Below are positions 63,346-64,000 of a DNA stretch of 64,000 nt, in pieces. This stretch comes from Gammaproteobacteria bacterium. GTDB lineage: Bacteria > Pseudomonadota > Gammaproteobacteria > SZUA-229. The DNA lies in contig JBFFSQ010000002.1 of assembly GCA_041572275.1 (NCBI GenBank), positions 1,983 through 65,982 of the forward strand, in the 5' to 3' direction. Below the pieces are notes generated by a model. It did no database searches. It saw only the letters and a program-made list of their open reading frames with translations, and was not told where the DNA came from. Both the position numbers and the translations under genes were made by a program. The stretch's first letter is position 1. Each line of letters starts with the position of its first letter.

Positions 63346-63717
63346 TTAATGTTCACCCTTGGGTTTACGTACACCCGCCAGACGGTTACCCTGTTTCTGG
63401 GGCCCTCCTTTTGGAAAAATCTCGTGTAAATAACGCGTATTACCTTTGTCCTTACCCCAAGCGGCCTTGAAATGTTTGATCATATCTCGCACAGGTGCCT
63501 GAACACCGTGATTCTCATGAAATTCACGAATATAATAGATCACTTCCCAGTGTTCATCGGTCAACGCCAGTTCTTCCTGTTCCGCTCGTGCATGAACAAA
63601 ACCTTCTGACCACGCGTCTAGATCTAAAAGATAACCTTCACCATCCATTAATAGTTCTTCACCGTCCACAACGACTGTCGATGTTTGCATATTGGGGTAA
63701 TAAAGTTTAGCTTCCAT
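63346..63717 (-). CDS. TusE/DsrC-family protein lacking the conserved C-terminal cysteine(s)
   Basis: Colinear with E. coli TusE (HWEVIYYIREFH, NTRYLHEIFPKGG...LAGVRKPKGEH*), but the C-terminus is ...KPKGEH instead of ...KPVKCI; no Cys anywhere in the protein. Confidence 0.7.
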   Translation of the reverse strand: MEAKLYYPNMQTSTVVVDGEELLMDGEGYLLDLDAWSEGFVHARAEQEELALTDEHWEVIYYIREFHENHGVQAPVRDMIKHFKAAWGKDKGNTRYLHEIFPKGGPQKQGNRLAGVRKPKGEH

Positions 63718-63805
63718 TAATTATTCCTAATTTCTTTAAAATGAAGAACACCTGGAAAGTGATACTTTGTTTTCAGTCATATTTCAGGTTTCAGTTATCA
63801 ATTGA

Positions 63806-64000
63806 TTATTTTAATTCCAGAAAAATTTTACCGTTTTCTACTTTTACCTCATAGTGTCCAGTACAGCCTTCATCCGGTGCCAAAGCTTCACCTGATTTCA
63901 GATCGATCTTCCAGTTATGCAGTGGACAGGTTACCGACGTATCATGAACTATCCCCTGCGATAATGAACCTTGTCGATGAGGACAGGCATCATTTAAGGC
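63806..64000 (-). CDS. nirD: Nitrite reductase small subunit NirD (C-terminal part; 5' end outside window)
   Basis: CPLHNWKIDLKSGEALAPDEGCTGHYEVKVENGKIFLELK* Rieske-like NirD C-terminus. Confidence 0.8.
   Translation of the reverse strand, partial: ALNDACPHRQGSLSQGIVHDTSVTCPLHNWKIDLKSGEALAPDEGCTGHYEVKVENGKIFLELK

Overview
This 64 kb window looks like a mostly housekeeping chromosomal segment of a gammaproteobacterium (about 40-45% GC, E. coli-like orthologues such as gpmI, folD, hisC, cspA, uvrB, tas, lexA, tRNA-Asn). I found no CRISPR array, integrase, transposase or obvious defence island. Housekeeping genes are interspersed with signalling genes.

The dominant feature is a ~12 kb minus-strand cluster encoding a type-IV-pilus-class (Pil-Chp-like) chemosensory pathway, with a NarX/LuxR-type two-component pair appended at its end. 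Gene order is response regulator with extra N-terminal domain, CheY, CheW, MCP, ChpA-like CheA-REC, CheW, CheW. No CheR/CheB is present. The 1344-aa CheA carries about six and a half tandem 84-bp repeats (~560 bp) encoding an acidic linker.

Other notable items:
- a lexA gene whose promoter is overlapped by a perfect 31-bp non-canonical palindrome, followed by a decayed dinB (Pol IV) pseudogene;
- a translationally coupled porin-like OMP / truncated periplasmic PBP-like protein / GGDEF-EAL triad next to a multi-PAS hybrid histidine kinase;
- a secreted prokaryotic-PLA2-like protein;
- a possible LCIB-like Cys/His protein;
- an operon combining a Tas aldo-keto reductase, a cereblon/CULT-like zinc protein and a VTC2/GDPGP1-like HIT protein;
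- a Cys-less DsrC/TusE-like protein immediately downstream of nirD;
- a cluster of small Cys-rich metalloprotein genes (CWC, BFD-like, DUF1415, MOSC);
- several orphan periplasmic binding-protein-like genes;
- c-di-GMP enzymes (GGDEF-EAL, HD-GYP);
- a DUF4157-like HExxH mini-protein beside a zinc-ribbon membrane protein.

All calls are from reading motifs in the translations; no searches were run.
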